Shown: in pieces, positions 11,367-20,920 of the stretch | Layout: each line of letters opens with the position of its first letter | How positions within the stretch are numbered: position 1 is the stretch's first letter | Assembly (NCBI GenBank): GCA_965279525.1 | Contig: CBDIIB010000003.1 | Span: 64,001 to 128,000, forward strand | Reading direction: 5' to 3' | Source of the DNA: Tagaea sp. | Lineage (GTDB): Bacteria; Pseudomonadota; Alphaproteobacteria; CACIAM-22H2 | DNA length: 64,000 bases | Translations under genes and position numbers: made by a program | Notes under the pieces: generated by a model | Databases searched by the model: none | Told to the model about the DNA's origin: nothing | What the model saw: only the letters and a program-made list of their open reading frames with translations

Positions 11367-12347
11367 CTAGCGCTGTGCCGTGACGTCCGTGACCTGGATG
11401 CGGCCCGCGATGATCGCCTCGCGCGCCTCGTTGATCCGCTTCTCCATGTCCGGCGACACGAGTGCGCGGTTGTGCTCGTCCACCGACCAGCCCACGCCCT
11501 GTTCCTTGAGACCCAGGACGCTGACGCCGGCCTTCCAGGTGCCCTGGCGGGCCTGGATCATCGAGTTGTAGACCGCCACGTCGACGCGCTTGATCATCGA
11601 GGTGAGCATCGTGCCCGGATGCAGGTGGTTCTGGTTGCTGTCCACGCCGACGGCAAGGCGGCGCGCGTCCTTGGCGGCCTGGTAGACGCCAAGGCCCGTG
11701 GCACCCGCCGCCGCATAGACGACGTCGGCGCCGCGGTCGAACTGGCCGCGCGCGAGTTCGGCGCCGCGCGTCGGGTCGTTGAACGCGGCCGGCGTGGTGC
11801 CGGTCATGTTCATGAACACTTCGGTCGATGCCTTGGCGTACTTGGCACCTTCCTCGTAGCCCTTGTAGAACTTGCGGATCAGCGGGATGTCCATGCCGCC
11901 GACGAAGCCGACCTTTCCGGTCTTCGAGGCGAGGGCTGCCGCCATGCCGACGAGGAACGAGCCCTCGTGCTCGCGGAAGACGATCGACTGCACGTTGGGC
12001 AGGTCGACGACGCTGTCGATCAGCGTGAACTTGACGTTCGGGAACTCCTTGGCGACGGTCTCGACCGCCGAGCGGTTGTTGAAGCCGACCGCGACGACGA
12101 CCGAAGCCCCCCGGCGGGCGAGATTGCGGATCGACTGCTCGCGCTCGGCGGCGTTGCGCACCTCGAACTCGGCGTACTGGACGCCGGTTTCCTTCTTGAA
12201 GCGCTCGGCACCATCGTATGCAGCCTGGTTGAACGAGCGGTCGAACTTGCCGCCGACGTCGAAAGTGACGGCGGGGGCGTTCTGGGCCTGGACCGTGCCG
12301 GCGGACAGCACGGCGGCGATCGTCGCGGCAAATGCTAGGTTTTTCAT
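11367..12347 (-). CDS. BMP-family substrate-binding protein
   Basis: Signal peptide; GGKFDRSFNQ, FREHEGSFLVG, GVDSNQN, TSMIKRVD. Confidence 0.9.
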   Translation of the reverse strand: MKNLAFAATIAAVLSAGTVQAQNAPAVTFDVGGKFDRSFNQAAYDGAERFKKETGVQYAEFEVRNAAEREQSIRNLARRGASVVVAVGFNNRSAVETVAKEFPNVKFTLIDSVVDLPNVQSIVFREHEGSFLVGMAAALASKTGKVGFVGGMDIPLIRKFYKGYEEGAKYAKASTEVFMNMTGTTPAAFNDPTRGAELARGQFDRGADVVYAAAGATGLGVYQAAKDARRLAVGVDSNQNHLHPGTMLTSMIKRVDVAVYNSMIQARQGTWKAGVSVLGLKEQGVGWSVDEHNRALVSPDMEKRINEAREAIIAGRIQVTDVTAQR

Positions 12348-12477
12348 TGTTTTCTGGCTCCTCGGGCGGGGTCGTCGCGTTCCTGCGCAATGTGGCAAAG
12401 CTGCCGTGCGGAATCAACGCCCGCTTGGCAACCGGCGGCCGTACGGCGCAAAGTCCCGACTGGATTCGAGGAGAGTC

Positions 12478-13596
12478 ATGCAGCAGCCGTTGCCGGGTAC
12501 CGAAACCGCCGATCTCGACACGCCGGCCCTTGTGGTCGATCTCGACATGGTCGATCGCAACATCGCGAAAATGGCGGCCGCCGCAAAAGCGGCCGGGATC
12601 GCGCTGCGCCCGCATGCCAAGACGCACAAATCGCCGGTCTTCGGCCGGCGCCAGGTCGCGGCGGGTGCCGTGGGCCTGTGCTGCCAGAAGGTCGGCGAGG
12701 CCGAGGTGATGGTCGCGGGCGGGATTTCCGACATCCTCGTGACCAACGAGATCGTCGGGCGCACCAAGACCGCACGGCTTGCCGGCCTTGCCCGGCTGGC
12801 GACGATCCGCACCGTGGCCGACAACGCCGAGGCAGTCGCCTGGCTCGGCAAGGCCGCGCGCGCGGCCGGCGTCACGCTGGGCGTGCTGGTCGATTGCGAT
12901 CTGGGGCATGCGCGCACCGGCATCGCCGATCCGCGTGCGGCCGCCGAACTCGGGCAAGTCGTCTCGCACACCGACGGGCTGCGCTTCGACGGGCTGCAGG
13001 CCTATCACGGCTCGATCCAGCACGTCGCCGGCTGGGCCCAGCGCCGCGGTGCCGCCGACGCCGCCAACGAGAAGCTCGCCGCGTTCCGTGCGGCCTTCGC
13101 AGACGCGCGGCTCGTGCCCTCGATCATCTCGGGTGCCGGGACGGGCACGTTCGAGTTCCAGGCCAAGGCCGGCTACACCGAATGGCAGTGCGGCACCTAT
13201 ATCTTCATGGACCGCCAGTACTACAACGCAGGCGGGGCCGACGGCGGGCCCTACGCGCCGTTCGAGCAGGCGCTGACGGTGCTCGCGACCGTGATGAGCC
13301 TGCCGACGGAAGAACGCTTCGTCGTCGACGCGGGCCTGAAGACGATGTCGATCGACGGCGGCGTGCCGGAACCGCGCGACCTTGCCGGCTGGAAGTTCAC
13401 GTTCGGCGGCGACGAGCACGGCAAGCTCGCGCGCACCGGGCCCGGTGCGTCCCCGCGCCCGAAGCTGGGCGACAAGATCCACCTGATCCCCGGCCACGGC
13501 GACACGACGATCAACCTGCACGACGATTATTTCGTCGTGTCGGGCGGCAAGCTCGTCGCGGTCTGGCCGGTGGCCGCGCGCGGCAAGCTGCGCTGA
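12478..13596 (+). CDS. DSD1 / D-threonine aldolase-like PLP enzyme (fold type III)
   Basis: LDTPALVVDLD, RPHAKTHK (PLP Lys), QAYHG, GAGTG, DAGLK, DEHG; RBS GAGGAG. Confidence 0.88.
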   Translation: MQQPLPGTETADLDTPALVVDLDMVDRNIAKMAAAAKAAGIALRPHAKTHKSPVFGRRQVAAGAVGLCCQKVGEAEVMVAGGISDILVTNEIVGRTKTARLAGLARLATIRTVADNAEAVAWLGKAARAAGVTLGVLVDCDLGHARTGIADPRAAAELGQVVSHTDGLRFDGLQAYHGSIQHVAGWAQRRGAADAANEKLAAFRAAFADARLVPSIISGAGTGTFEFQAKAGYTEWQCGTYIFMDRQYYNAGGADGGPYAPFEQALTVLATVMSLPTEERFVVDAGLKTMSIDGGVPEPRDLAGWKFTFGGDEHGKLARTGPGASPRPKLGDKIHLIPGHGDTTINLHDDYFVVSGGKLVAVWPVAARGKLR

Positions 13597-13600
13597 CGGC

Positions 13601-14500
13601 TCAGGTCGCGGCGGCTTCGGCGAGCAGCCAGGCGGCGAAGCGTTCGACCTCGGGCCGGGAGGTTGCGGCCGCGCGGACGAGGAAATACGCGCGCGCCTCG
13701 ACGCGCCGCCGTGTGCCGGCAAGTGCCACGAGCTGGCCCGTCTCGAGGAGCCCGCGCACCAGCGGTCCGCTCGCCAGCGCAAGTCCCTGGCCTGCCACCG
13801 CCGCCTGGATCGTCTGGTCGTAGTGGTTGAAGCTCAGAACGCTGCGCGGCTTCACGTCGGCGAAGCCGAGTGCTGCAAGCCAGCTGCCCCAGTCGCGCGC
13901 CGGCGTGGCGCCGATCCCGTCATAGGACAGCAGCACGGCGCCGGCATAGTCCTTGGCCGTCATCGGCCGGCGTGCGTGGACGCCGACCACCGCCTTGCTG
14001 CCGACCGGGAACACCTCCTCGCCGAATAACTTCTCCGCACCCGGCGGGATCGCGTCGGCCGGCCCGTAGCGCAGCGCCAGGTCGATGCCCTCGCGCTGCA
14101 GGTCGAGCGTGCGGTTGTTGACCGACAGCCGCACGTCGACGTCGGGATGCAGCTTCTGGAACGAGGCCAGCCGCGGCACCAGCCACAGCGACGCGATGCC
14201 GGTGCTCGCCGTGAGCGTGACCGTGCGCGTCCCGCCGCCGCGAAGGGATGCCGCGGTGGCGGCAAGCGCCCGCAACGCTTCGGCGACGGTGCGCGCCAGC
14301 GTCTCGCCGGCCGGCGTCAGGTCGAGCTTTCGCGTCGTGCGCGCGAACAGGCGCACGCCCAGATCGTCCTCCAGCGTCTTGATCTGCCGGCTGATCGCCG
14401 ACGGCGTGACGAACAGCTCCGCTGCCGCGCGCGCGAAGCTCAGATGGCGTGCCGCGGCGTCGAAGCCACGCAGCGCGTCGAGCGGGGGAAGTTTATTCAT
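13601..14500 (-). CDS. LysR-family regulator (GcvA-like)
   Basis: LPPLDALRGFDAAARHLSFARAAAELFVTPSAISRQIKTLE. Confidence 0.93.
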   Translation of the reverse strand: MNKLPPLDALRGFDAAARHLSFARAAAELFVTPSAISRQIKTLEDDLGVRLFARTTRKLDLTPAGETLARTVAEALRALAATAASLRGGGTRTVTLTASTGIASLWLVPRLASFQKLHPDVDVRLSVNNRTLDLQREGIDLALRYGPADAIPPGAEKLFGEEVFPVGSKAVVGVHARRPMTAKDYAGAVLLSYDGIGATPARDWGSWLAALGFADVKPRSVLSFNHYDQTIQAAVAGQGLALASGPLVRGLLETGQLVALAGTRRRVEARAYFLVRAAATSRPEVERFAAWLLAEAAAT

Positions 14501-14513
14501 GCTTCACACGCAT
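14499..14513. promoter_or_regulatory. LysR-type T-N11-A operator
   Basis: ATGC-N7-GCAT overlapping the LysR start; a similar TTGC-N7-GCAT lies at 14574-14588. Confidence 0.55.
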
Positions 14514-14608
14514 CAATAGAGTGAGAATTGATCGTTTGTCGCCCATCTGACTTTGGAAAACAATATCACATCGTTGCGACAGACGCATCAATACGACAGG
14601 AGACCGCC

Positions 14609-14926
14609 ATGTTCCAGTCCCAGACCCCGTACCGGCTTTCGCTGTCCGCCGGCCGCCATGCCGTGCTCGCCGACGCGCGCGGCACGCGCATCGCCTGCGC
14701 CGATGGCGTTCTATGGATCACCCAGTATGGCGACCTGCGCGACATCGTGCTGAACGCCGGCGACGCGTTCGTCGTCGATCGCGACGGCAAGGTCGTCGTC
14801 AACGCCCTTTCGGACTCGGCCTTCGCGGTCGTCCCGCCGCCGCCGCCCGTCTCGCGCCGGGCGCGCATGTGGCGCTGGCTGCTCGGCGACGGGGCGCCGG
14901 ATTCGCGGCATCTTTCCGCGGGCTAG
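14609..14926 (+). CDS. DUF2917-like small protein
   Basis: IACADGVLWITQYGDLRDIVLNAGDAF; RBS AGGAG; divergent from LysR. Confidence 0.8.
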   Translation: MFQSQTPYRLSLSAGRHAVLADARGTRIACADGVLWITQYGDLRDIVLNAGDAFVVDRDGKVVVNALSDSAFAVVPPPPPVSRRARMWRWLLGDGAPDSRHLSAG

Positions 14927-14978
14927 TGCATCGTTGTATGCCGTGGTGCCGGGCACCCGGAACCAATATGTTCGCGCG

Positions 14979-15875
14979 ATGAATGCCAACACCGTCTACC
15001 GTTCGCCCGTCCTGCTGCTCGTGCTGGCCTGCGCGTTCTGGGGCGGCAATGTCGTCGTCGGGCGCGCGGTCGTCGACACGGTCCCGCCGGTGGCACTCGC
15101 CTTCTGGCGCTGGGCGCTGGCACTGGCGATCCTCACGCCGTTCGGCCTCGGTGCGGTGCGCGCGGCGTGGCCGGCGGTGCGCGCGAAATGGCTGAACCTC
15201 GCCGCGTCGGGCGTGATCGGCGTGGGGCTCTACAACACGCTCGTCTATCTGGCGCTCGAACACACGACGGCGATCAACGCGACCGTCGTGTTCGCCGCGA
15301 TGCCGATGATGATCGCCGGCCTCGGCTGGCTCGTGTTCCGCGATCCGTTCAACCGCTTCCAGGCGGCCGGCATGGCGATCTCGGCGGTCGGCGTGGCGAT
15401 CCTGATCGCGCGCGGCGAACCGGCCGCGCTGCTGGCGCTCGATTTCAACCGCGGCGATCTCCTCGTGCTGGTCGCGTGCCTGTGCTGGGCGGTGTTCAGC
15501 CTCTTGCTGCGCGGCCGGCCCAAGGAGCTGCGCCCGGTCGGGCTGCTCTACGTGCAGGTCTTCTTCGGCGCGCTTTCGCTGCTGCCCTTCTATCTGTGGG
15601 AGGTCGCGGTGGCCGGACGCGGCTTCGCGCCGGGTGCCGCGACGCTGGGTGCCATCGGCTACGTGGCGATATTCCCCTCGCTGCTGTCGTTCTTCTTCTG
15701 GAACCGCGCGGTCGAGCTGGCGGGGCCGGCGACGGCGGGACTGTTCCTCAACCTGATCCCGGTCTTCGCGAGCCTGCTGTCGATCGCCTGGCTCGGCGAA
15801 GCACCACAGCCCTACCACGCGCTGTCGATGATGGCGCTGTTCGGCGGGCTCCTGCTGGCGACGCGCAAGGCCTGA
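14979..15875 (+). CDS. DMT/EamA-family transporter
   Basis: FWGGNVVVGR, PPVALAFWRW, TTAINA, FLNLIPVF; about 10 TM segments. Confidence 0.9.
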   Translation: MNANTVYRSPVLLLVLACAFWGGNVVVGRAVVDTVPPVALAFWRWALALAILTPFGLGAVRAAWPAVRAKWLNLAASGVIGVGLYNTLVYLALEHTTAINATVVFAAMPMMIAGLGWLVFRDPFNRFQAAGMAISAVGVAILIARGEPAALLALDFNRGDLLVLVACLCWAVFSLLLRGRPKELRPVGLLYVQVFFGALSLLPFYLWEVAVAGRGFAPGAATLGAIGYVAIFPSLLSFFFWNRAVELAGPATAGLFLNLIPVFASLLSIAWLGEAPQPYHALSMMALFGGLLLATRKA

Positions 15876-16423
15876 TCAGGCCACGTCCTCGGGCCCGGCC
15901 CAGAGCATCTGGATCAGGTCGCCTTGCTTGATGTCGTGCATCTCGTAGGAGCGCGCATAGGCGACCAGCGACACGACGAGACCGGCCGTCCCGTCGTCGC
16001 GCGCGAAGGGCAGCATCAGGCGCTTGAAGGCACCGCTCAATGCGCCGTCGGGCGGGACAGGAGCCCGCGCGCGGCGGCCGGCAGGCCCGTGGCGAGCACG
16101 CGCTCGAGATGGCCGCGCCGCTCCTCGAAATGCGCCGGCTCGACGATCTGGTCGAGATAGCGCCCCTTGTTGTCGACGCCGAGTTTCTCGACGACCTTGG
16201 CGCCCGCCAGCCGCTGGAAAAAGCGCCCGTCGGGATCGCGCTCCAGCACCTGCAGGCTGGGCATCATCTTGGGAAAGCGGAACGGGTCGAACTGGCGGTA
16301 GCGCGGCAGGCCGCCGGCTTCGCGGCGCATCGCGCACCAGTCCTCGAACAGCGCCGCCATCGCGGGCTCGCGCAGCCGGGCGGCAAACGAAGATGCGCCG
16401 TCGTCGAACGGTTCGCGCGCCAC
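15876..16423 (-). pseudogene. PAS_5-like single-domain protein split by a frameshift near 16055
   Basis: W..R...LP....FDP...RF..RLAG...G...GR in one frame; FKRLMLPFARDDG continuation in another. Confidence 0.6.
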
Positions 16424-16497
16424 GCGTTCTAGTCCTCCCCGACAATCCTTGCGGGTATCATCGCAAAGTTATCGACTGGACTACAGTAGTATTTATT

Positions 16498-16863
16498 CTA
16501 CTGGCGTGGGGCGGCCAGGAACGCGACGAGGGCGGCGCGCGCGGCGGGATCCTGCAGGCCGTTGGCGCCCATCCAGAGCCCGGGGAACATCGCATCTGGA
16601 TCGTCGAGAAAACGCGCGAGCCCGGCGGTGTCCCACACCGGTGCCTGCGCGCGCGCGCGGCGCAGGGCCGGCGAATAGTCGAACTGCGGATCGCCGCCGA
16701 CCGGCCGGCCGACAAGGCCGGCGAGATTCGGGCCGGGCTTGTCCGCAGCTCCGGCCTCGATCGCGTGGCACGACGCGCACCGCTCGGCGAACAGCGCGCG
16801 TCCGTCCTGTGCGGCGGCCGGCAGCGCCAGGACCGCCAACGCGAAAACGAAGCCTGCCTTCAA
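16498..16863 (-). CDS. Class I c-type cytochrome (c2-like)
   Basis: Signal peptide, CASCH, GPNLAGLVGR, YSPAL, distal Met in PGLWM; TTGA overlap with upstream gene. Confidence 0.88.
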   Translation of the reverse strand: MKAGFVFALAVLALPAAAQDGRALFAERCASCHAIEAGAADKPGPNLAGLVGRPVGGDPQFDYSPALRRARAQAPVWDTAGLARFLDDPDAMFPGLWMGANGLQDPAARAALVAFLAAPRQ

Positions 16864-17858
16864 GCGCCGTACTGGATGCGCACGAGCCGGTCGTTGCCGC
16901 TTTCCCCGCCCCAGGCCTCGCCGTCGATGCCGTCCATCTGGCGGACATTGGCGTCGGACGTGTCGGACGGGAAGGCGGTGAAGCGCTCGTTCGCCGGATC
17001 GAAGCGCACGATCGAATTGGACGCGAAATCGGTCAGCCACACCTTGTCGGACGGATCGACCCAGACCGAATAGGTGCGCGGGCGTTCGCCCGGCAGGCGC
17101 CAGGCCTTCCACGAGCCGTCGCGCGGATCGTGCATCGAAACGTTTCCGCTGTTCCACTCGCTGATCCACAGCCGGCCGGCCCGGTCGCTCCACACGCGAC
17201 GCGCACCCTGGTTGGGTGTGGGCGGGTCGAGCACGCGCACGCGCCCGGTGTCGAGGTCCTCGATATGCGCCAGATGGTTCCCGGCGAGCGACACGTACCA
17301 GATGCCGCCTTGCGGCGTGCGCGTGATGCCGTAGGCACCAGCACCGCGCGGCGCTTCCCACACGTCCATCTTCTCGGTTGCCGGCACGAAGCGGCCGTAG
17401 ACACCCTTCTGGCCGGTGAACCAGAAGGTCCCCTTCGCGTCGAACACGCCGGTGTTGAGGTTCGTGTAGCCGAAGCGCTCGGGAAGCTTCCACAATTTCA
17501 CTTCGTGCGATTTCGCATCGACGCGCGCGATCGAGTTCTGCCCGCCGTCGGTAACCCAGGCCGCCCCGTCGGGGCCACGGACCACGCCGTGCGGGGCCGA
17601 GCCCTGGCCCAGTGCCACGACGCGCACCGCACCGGTCGCCGGGTCGAGGCGGCCCAGCGTGCCGTTGCGCTGGCCGCAGAACCAGAACGTGCCGTCGCCG
17701 GCCGCCGTCACGTCGCGCGAGCCGACGCGCCCGCCGCCGGGCTGCCGCACGTTGAAATAGGTGAGCTTGAAGCCGGCGGGCACCGAAGCGGCGGCCGGGG
17801 CGAGCGCGCCGAACGCAAGACCGGCGCTGCCAAGGGCGAGGAAATCGCGACGAAGCAT
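16860..17858 (-). CDS. Virginiamycin B lyase (Vgb)-like beta-propeller, Tat signal
   Basis: MLRRDFL Tat motif; repeats GSAPHGV..GPDGAAWVTD, NLNTGVFD..G..WFTG, GARRVWSD, LWISEW. Confidence 0.8.
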   Translation of the reverse strand: MLRRDFLALGSAGLAFGALAPAAASVPAGFKLTYFNVRQPGGGRVGSRDVTAAGDGTFWFCGQRNGTLGRLDPATGAVRVVALGQGSAPHGVVRGPDGAAWVTDGGQNSIARVDAKSHEVKLWKLPERFGYTNLNTGVFDAKGTFWFTGQKGVYGRFVPATEKMDVWEAPRGAGAYGITRTPQGGIWYVSLAGNHLAHIEDLDTGRVRVLDPPTPNQGARRVWSDRAGRLWISEWNSGNVSMHDPRDGSWKAWRLPGERPRTYSVWVDPSDKVWLTDFASNSIVRFDPANERFTAFPSDTSDANVRQMDGIDGEAWGGESGNDRLVRIQYGA

Positions 17859-18069
17859 GGGGCTGATCCTCCGGGGGCAGGATGAAGTGCGAAGGATGCG
17901 CCCGGACGGGCGGCAGCACAAGCCCGTGCCCTTGTAACGGCCGGCACTTCCGCCCATATCTGCGGCACGGGCCCCATGGGCCGGAATCGCCTTGAAATCC
18001 AACGAAACGTCCCACCCGACGCCCGCGACGGCGCCGGGACGCGATCCTTTTTCCCGTCAGGAGAACGAC

Positions 18070-18207
18070 ATGGCCAAAGGCCAGAAACGCAGCAGCCGCG
18101 AACTCCGCAAGCCCAAGGCGCCGAAGAACAAGATCTCGGCAGCACCTTTCATCACGACGTCGCAGGCCGCCAAGAAGACCGCGCCGCCCGCAAAAACCAA
18201 GAGCTGA
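18070..18207 (+). CDS. Small basic protein (MAKGQKRSSRELRKPK...)
   Basis: RBS AGGAG; 45 aa, Lys-rich. Confidence 0.65.
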   Translation: MAKGQKRSSRELRKPKAPKNKISAAPFITTSQAAKKTAPPAKTKS

Positions 18208-18216
18208 AGGGACAAC

Positions 18217-18525
18217 ATGAAATATCTCGGCAAGATCGCGGGCGAAGGCACGCTGACGGCAGGCGGCGAACATGTCGACAGCGCCAGCTACGAGATCGAC
18301 GGCTTCCTCAAGCCCAAGATCGGCGTTTCGGGCAGCGGGGAGATCCGCGCGTCGGCGAACGCGCTGAGCCGCGTGTTCGGGCGCCGCGACATCCAGATCG
18401 TCACGGTCGACGGAAGGCGCATCGACGTGCGCTTCTCCGAGCGCAAGATGGCGCCCGGCGCGCGCGTGGCACATGTCGAGCTGTCCGGCGCGCTGCCGAC
18501 CGCCCGGACGGACTGGGCCGGCTGA
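18217..18525 (+). CDS. Hypothetical protein
   Basis: RBS AAGGGA, host-like codon use, stop overlaps next start (TGATG). Confidence 0.7.
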   Translation: MKYLGKIAGEGTLTAGGEHVDSASYEIDGFLKPKIGVSGSGEIRASANALSRVFGRRDIQIVTVDGRRIDVRFSERKMAPGARVAHVELSGALPTARTDWAG

Positions 18526-20873
18526 TGGCCCCGCCCGAGCACGGTCCGGCGGCACTCGCGCGCGATCCCGCGGCGCATGCCCGCCAGCCGGGGGCGAACC
18601 GGCTGGCGCGCGTGGCGTTCGTGGGCAATTCGCTGCCGCGCCGGTGCGGGATCGCGACGTTCACGTCCGACCTGCAGCAGGCCGTCGCTGGCAGTGGCCG
18701 CGGCCACGCCATCGACACCGCGATCGTCGCCATGACCGATCACGCGCAGTCCTACGACTATCCGGCAAGCGTGCGTTTCCAGGTCGCCGACAGCGACCTT
18801 GCGGACTACGTGCGCGCCGCCGAGTTCATCAATGCCGGCGGCTACGATGCCGTCTCGCTCCAGCACGAGTTCGGCATCTTCGGCGGTGCCGCGGGCTCGC
18901 ACGTGCTGACGCTGCTGTCCGGCCTTTCCGTGCCGGTCGTCACGACGCTGCACACCGTCCTGTCCGAGCCCACGCCCGCCCAGCGCCGGGTGCTGTCCGG
19001 CATCGTCGAGATGTCGGCGAAGGTCGTCGTGATGTCGGAAAAGGCGCGCGAGCTGATGCGCACGGTCTATCGCGCACCCGCCGACCGGATCGAGATGATC
19101 CCGCACGGCATTCCCGATTTCGGCTTCGCCGAGCCCGACGGCGCCAAGCTGGCACTGGGGCTTGGCGGACGGCCCGTCATCCTCACCTTCGGCCTGCTCT
19201 GCCCGAACAAGGGCATCGAGTACATGATCGACGCGATGCCGGCGATCCTCGCCGGACGCCCCGACGCGGTCTACGTGGTGCTCGGCGCCACGCATCCCAA
19301 CCTTGTGCGCGACGAGGGCGAGGCCTACCGCGATAGCCTCGTCGCGCGCGCGCGCGCCCTTGGCATCGGCGACAGCGTCCTGTTCCTCGACCGCTTCGTC
19401 GACCGCGCCACGCTGCTGCATTTCATCTCGGCCTGCGACGTCTACGTGACGCCCTATCTCAACGAGGCGCAGATGACGTCGGGCACGCTCGCCTACAGCT
19501 TCGGCCTCGGCAAGGCGGTCGTCTCGACGCCCTACTGGCACGCGCGCGAACTGCTGGCGGGCGGCAGGGGCGTGCTCGTGCCCTTCGCCGATGCTGCCGC
19601 ACTCGGAAACGAGATCGCCGGCCTGCTTACCGACGATGCGCGGCGCGACGCGATGCGCGCACAGGCCTATGCCGACAGCCGCTCGATGACGTGGGAGCGC
19701 ACGGCGGAAAGCTACGTCGCCATGTTCGAAAGCGCGCGGCGCGGCCATCTGCGCGTCATAACGCGCCCCGACATCGCCGAGCCGGCACGCGGCAGCACCC
19801 GGCTGCCCGAGACGAATTTCGGCCACCTGCATGCGATGTGCGACGACACCGGCATCTACCAGCATGCGGTCCATACGGTCCCGAACCGCGCGCACGGCTA
19901 CTGCGTGGACGACAACGCGCGCGCGCTGCTGCTTGCCTGCCGGCTCGGCATGGCCGGCGAGACGCGCATGCCCGCGATCTACACGTCGCGCTTCGCCGCG
20001 TTCGTCCAGCATGCGTGGAACCCCGTCACGCGCCGGTTCCGCAATTTCATGGGCTTCGGGCGCGACTGGCTGGAAGAGTCCGGCTCGGAAGACAGCCATG
20101 CGCGCACGCTGTGGGCGCTGGGCGAGTGTGCCCGGTCCGACACGAGCCTTGCCCGGCGCGACTGGGCCGCCGGCCTGTTCGCCGAGGGTCTGGCCCCGGT
20201 CGAGGCGTTCGGCTCGCCGCGCGCGTGGGCATTCACGCTTCTTGGTCTCAACGCCTATTGCGCGCGTTTCGCGGGCGATTCGGGTGCCGCCCGGCTGCGC
20301 CGCGTGCTGGCCGACCGCCTGCTTGCCCTCGTCGAGCAGGTCGGAACGGACGAATGGATGTGGTTCGAGGAGAGCCTCGCCTACGACAACGCGAGGCTCG
20401 CCGAAGCGCTGATCGTCTCGGGCACGGCAATGCGCCTCAACGGCCATGTCGCGGCGGGCCTGCGGAGTTTGCGCTGGCTCGTGCGCCGGCAGACCGGCCC
20501 GCTGGGCGTCTTCCGCCCGGTGGGCACGCAAAGCTTCGGCATCGACCGCGCCACGCCGGATGCGTTCGACCAGCAGCCGCTTGAAGCGACCGCGACGATC
20601 GCGGCCTGCCATGCCGCGTGGCGCGCCGACGGCGACGGCGAGTGGCTCGCCGCCGCCATGCGCGCCTTCGCCTGGTTCGCGGGCGCCAACGACCTGTCGC
20701 AGCCGCTCGTCGATCCCGAAACGGGTGCCTGCCGCGACGGGCTGCACCCCGACCGGCCGAATGCGAACTGCGGCGGGGAATCGGTCATTTCATATCTGCT
20801 CGCTCTGACGGAAATCCGCCAGATCGCGCGCCTCGGCGAAAACCGGACGAAGTTCGCGCCGAGACTTGCCTGA
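18525..20873 (+). CDS. GT4 glycosyltransferase fused to a C-terminal helical-barrel-like domain
   Basis: PRRCGIATF, LQHEFGIFGG, TFGLL.PNKGIE, TPYLNEAQMTSGTL; C-domain HGYCVDDNARAL, LAYDNARL, FDQQPLE. Confidence 0.88.
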   Translation: MAPPEHGPAALARDPAAHARQPGANRLARVAFVGNSLPRRCGIATFTSDLQQAVAGSGRGHAIDTAIVAMTDHAQSYDYPASVRFQVADSDLADYVRAAEFINAGGYDAVSLQHEFGIFGGAAGSHVLTLLSGLSVPVVTTLHTVLSEPTPAQRRVLSGIVEMSAKVVVMSEKARELMRTVYRAPADRIEMIPHGIPDFGFAEPDGAKLALGLGGRPVILTFGLLCPNKGIEYMIDAMPAILAGRPDAVYVVLGATHPNLVRDEGEAYRDSLVARARALGIGDSVLFLDRFVDRATLLHFISACDVYVTPYLNEAQMTSGTLAYSFGLGKAVVSTPYWHARELLAGGRGVLVPFADAAALGNEIAGLLTDDARRDAMRAQAYADSRSMTWERTAESYVAMFESARRGHLRVITRPDIAEPARGSTRLPETNFGHLHAMCDDTGIYQHAVHTVPNRAHGYCVDDNARALLLACRLGMAGETRMPAIYTSRFAAFVQHAWNPVTRRFRNFMGFGRDWLEESGSEDSHARTLWALGECARSDTSLARRDWAAGLFAEGLAPVEAFGSPRAWAFTLLGLNAYCARFAGDSGAARLRRVLADRLLALVEQVGTDEWMWFEESLAYDNARLAEALIVSGTAMRLNGHVAAGLRSLRWLVRRQTGPLGVFRPVGTQSFGIDRATPDAFDQQPLEATATIAACHAAWRADGDGEWLAAAMRAFAWFAGANDLSQPLVDPETGACRDGLHPDRPNANCGGESVISYLLALTEIRQIARLGENRTKFAPRLA

Positions 20874-20920
20874 CGATCGGCGCCGATCCGGCGCCTTTCG
20901 GGAGAGAACCGGAGCGCACA

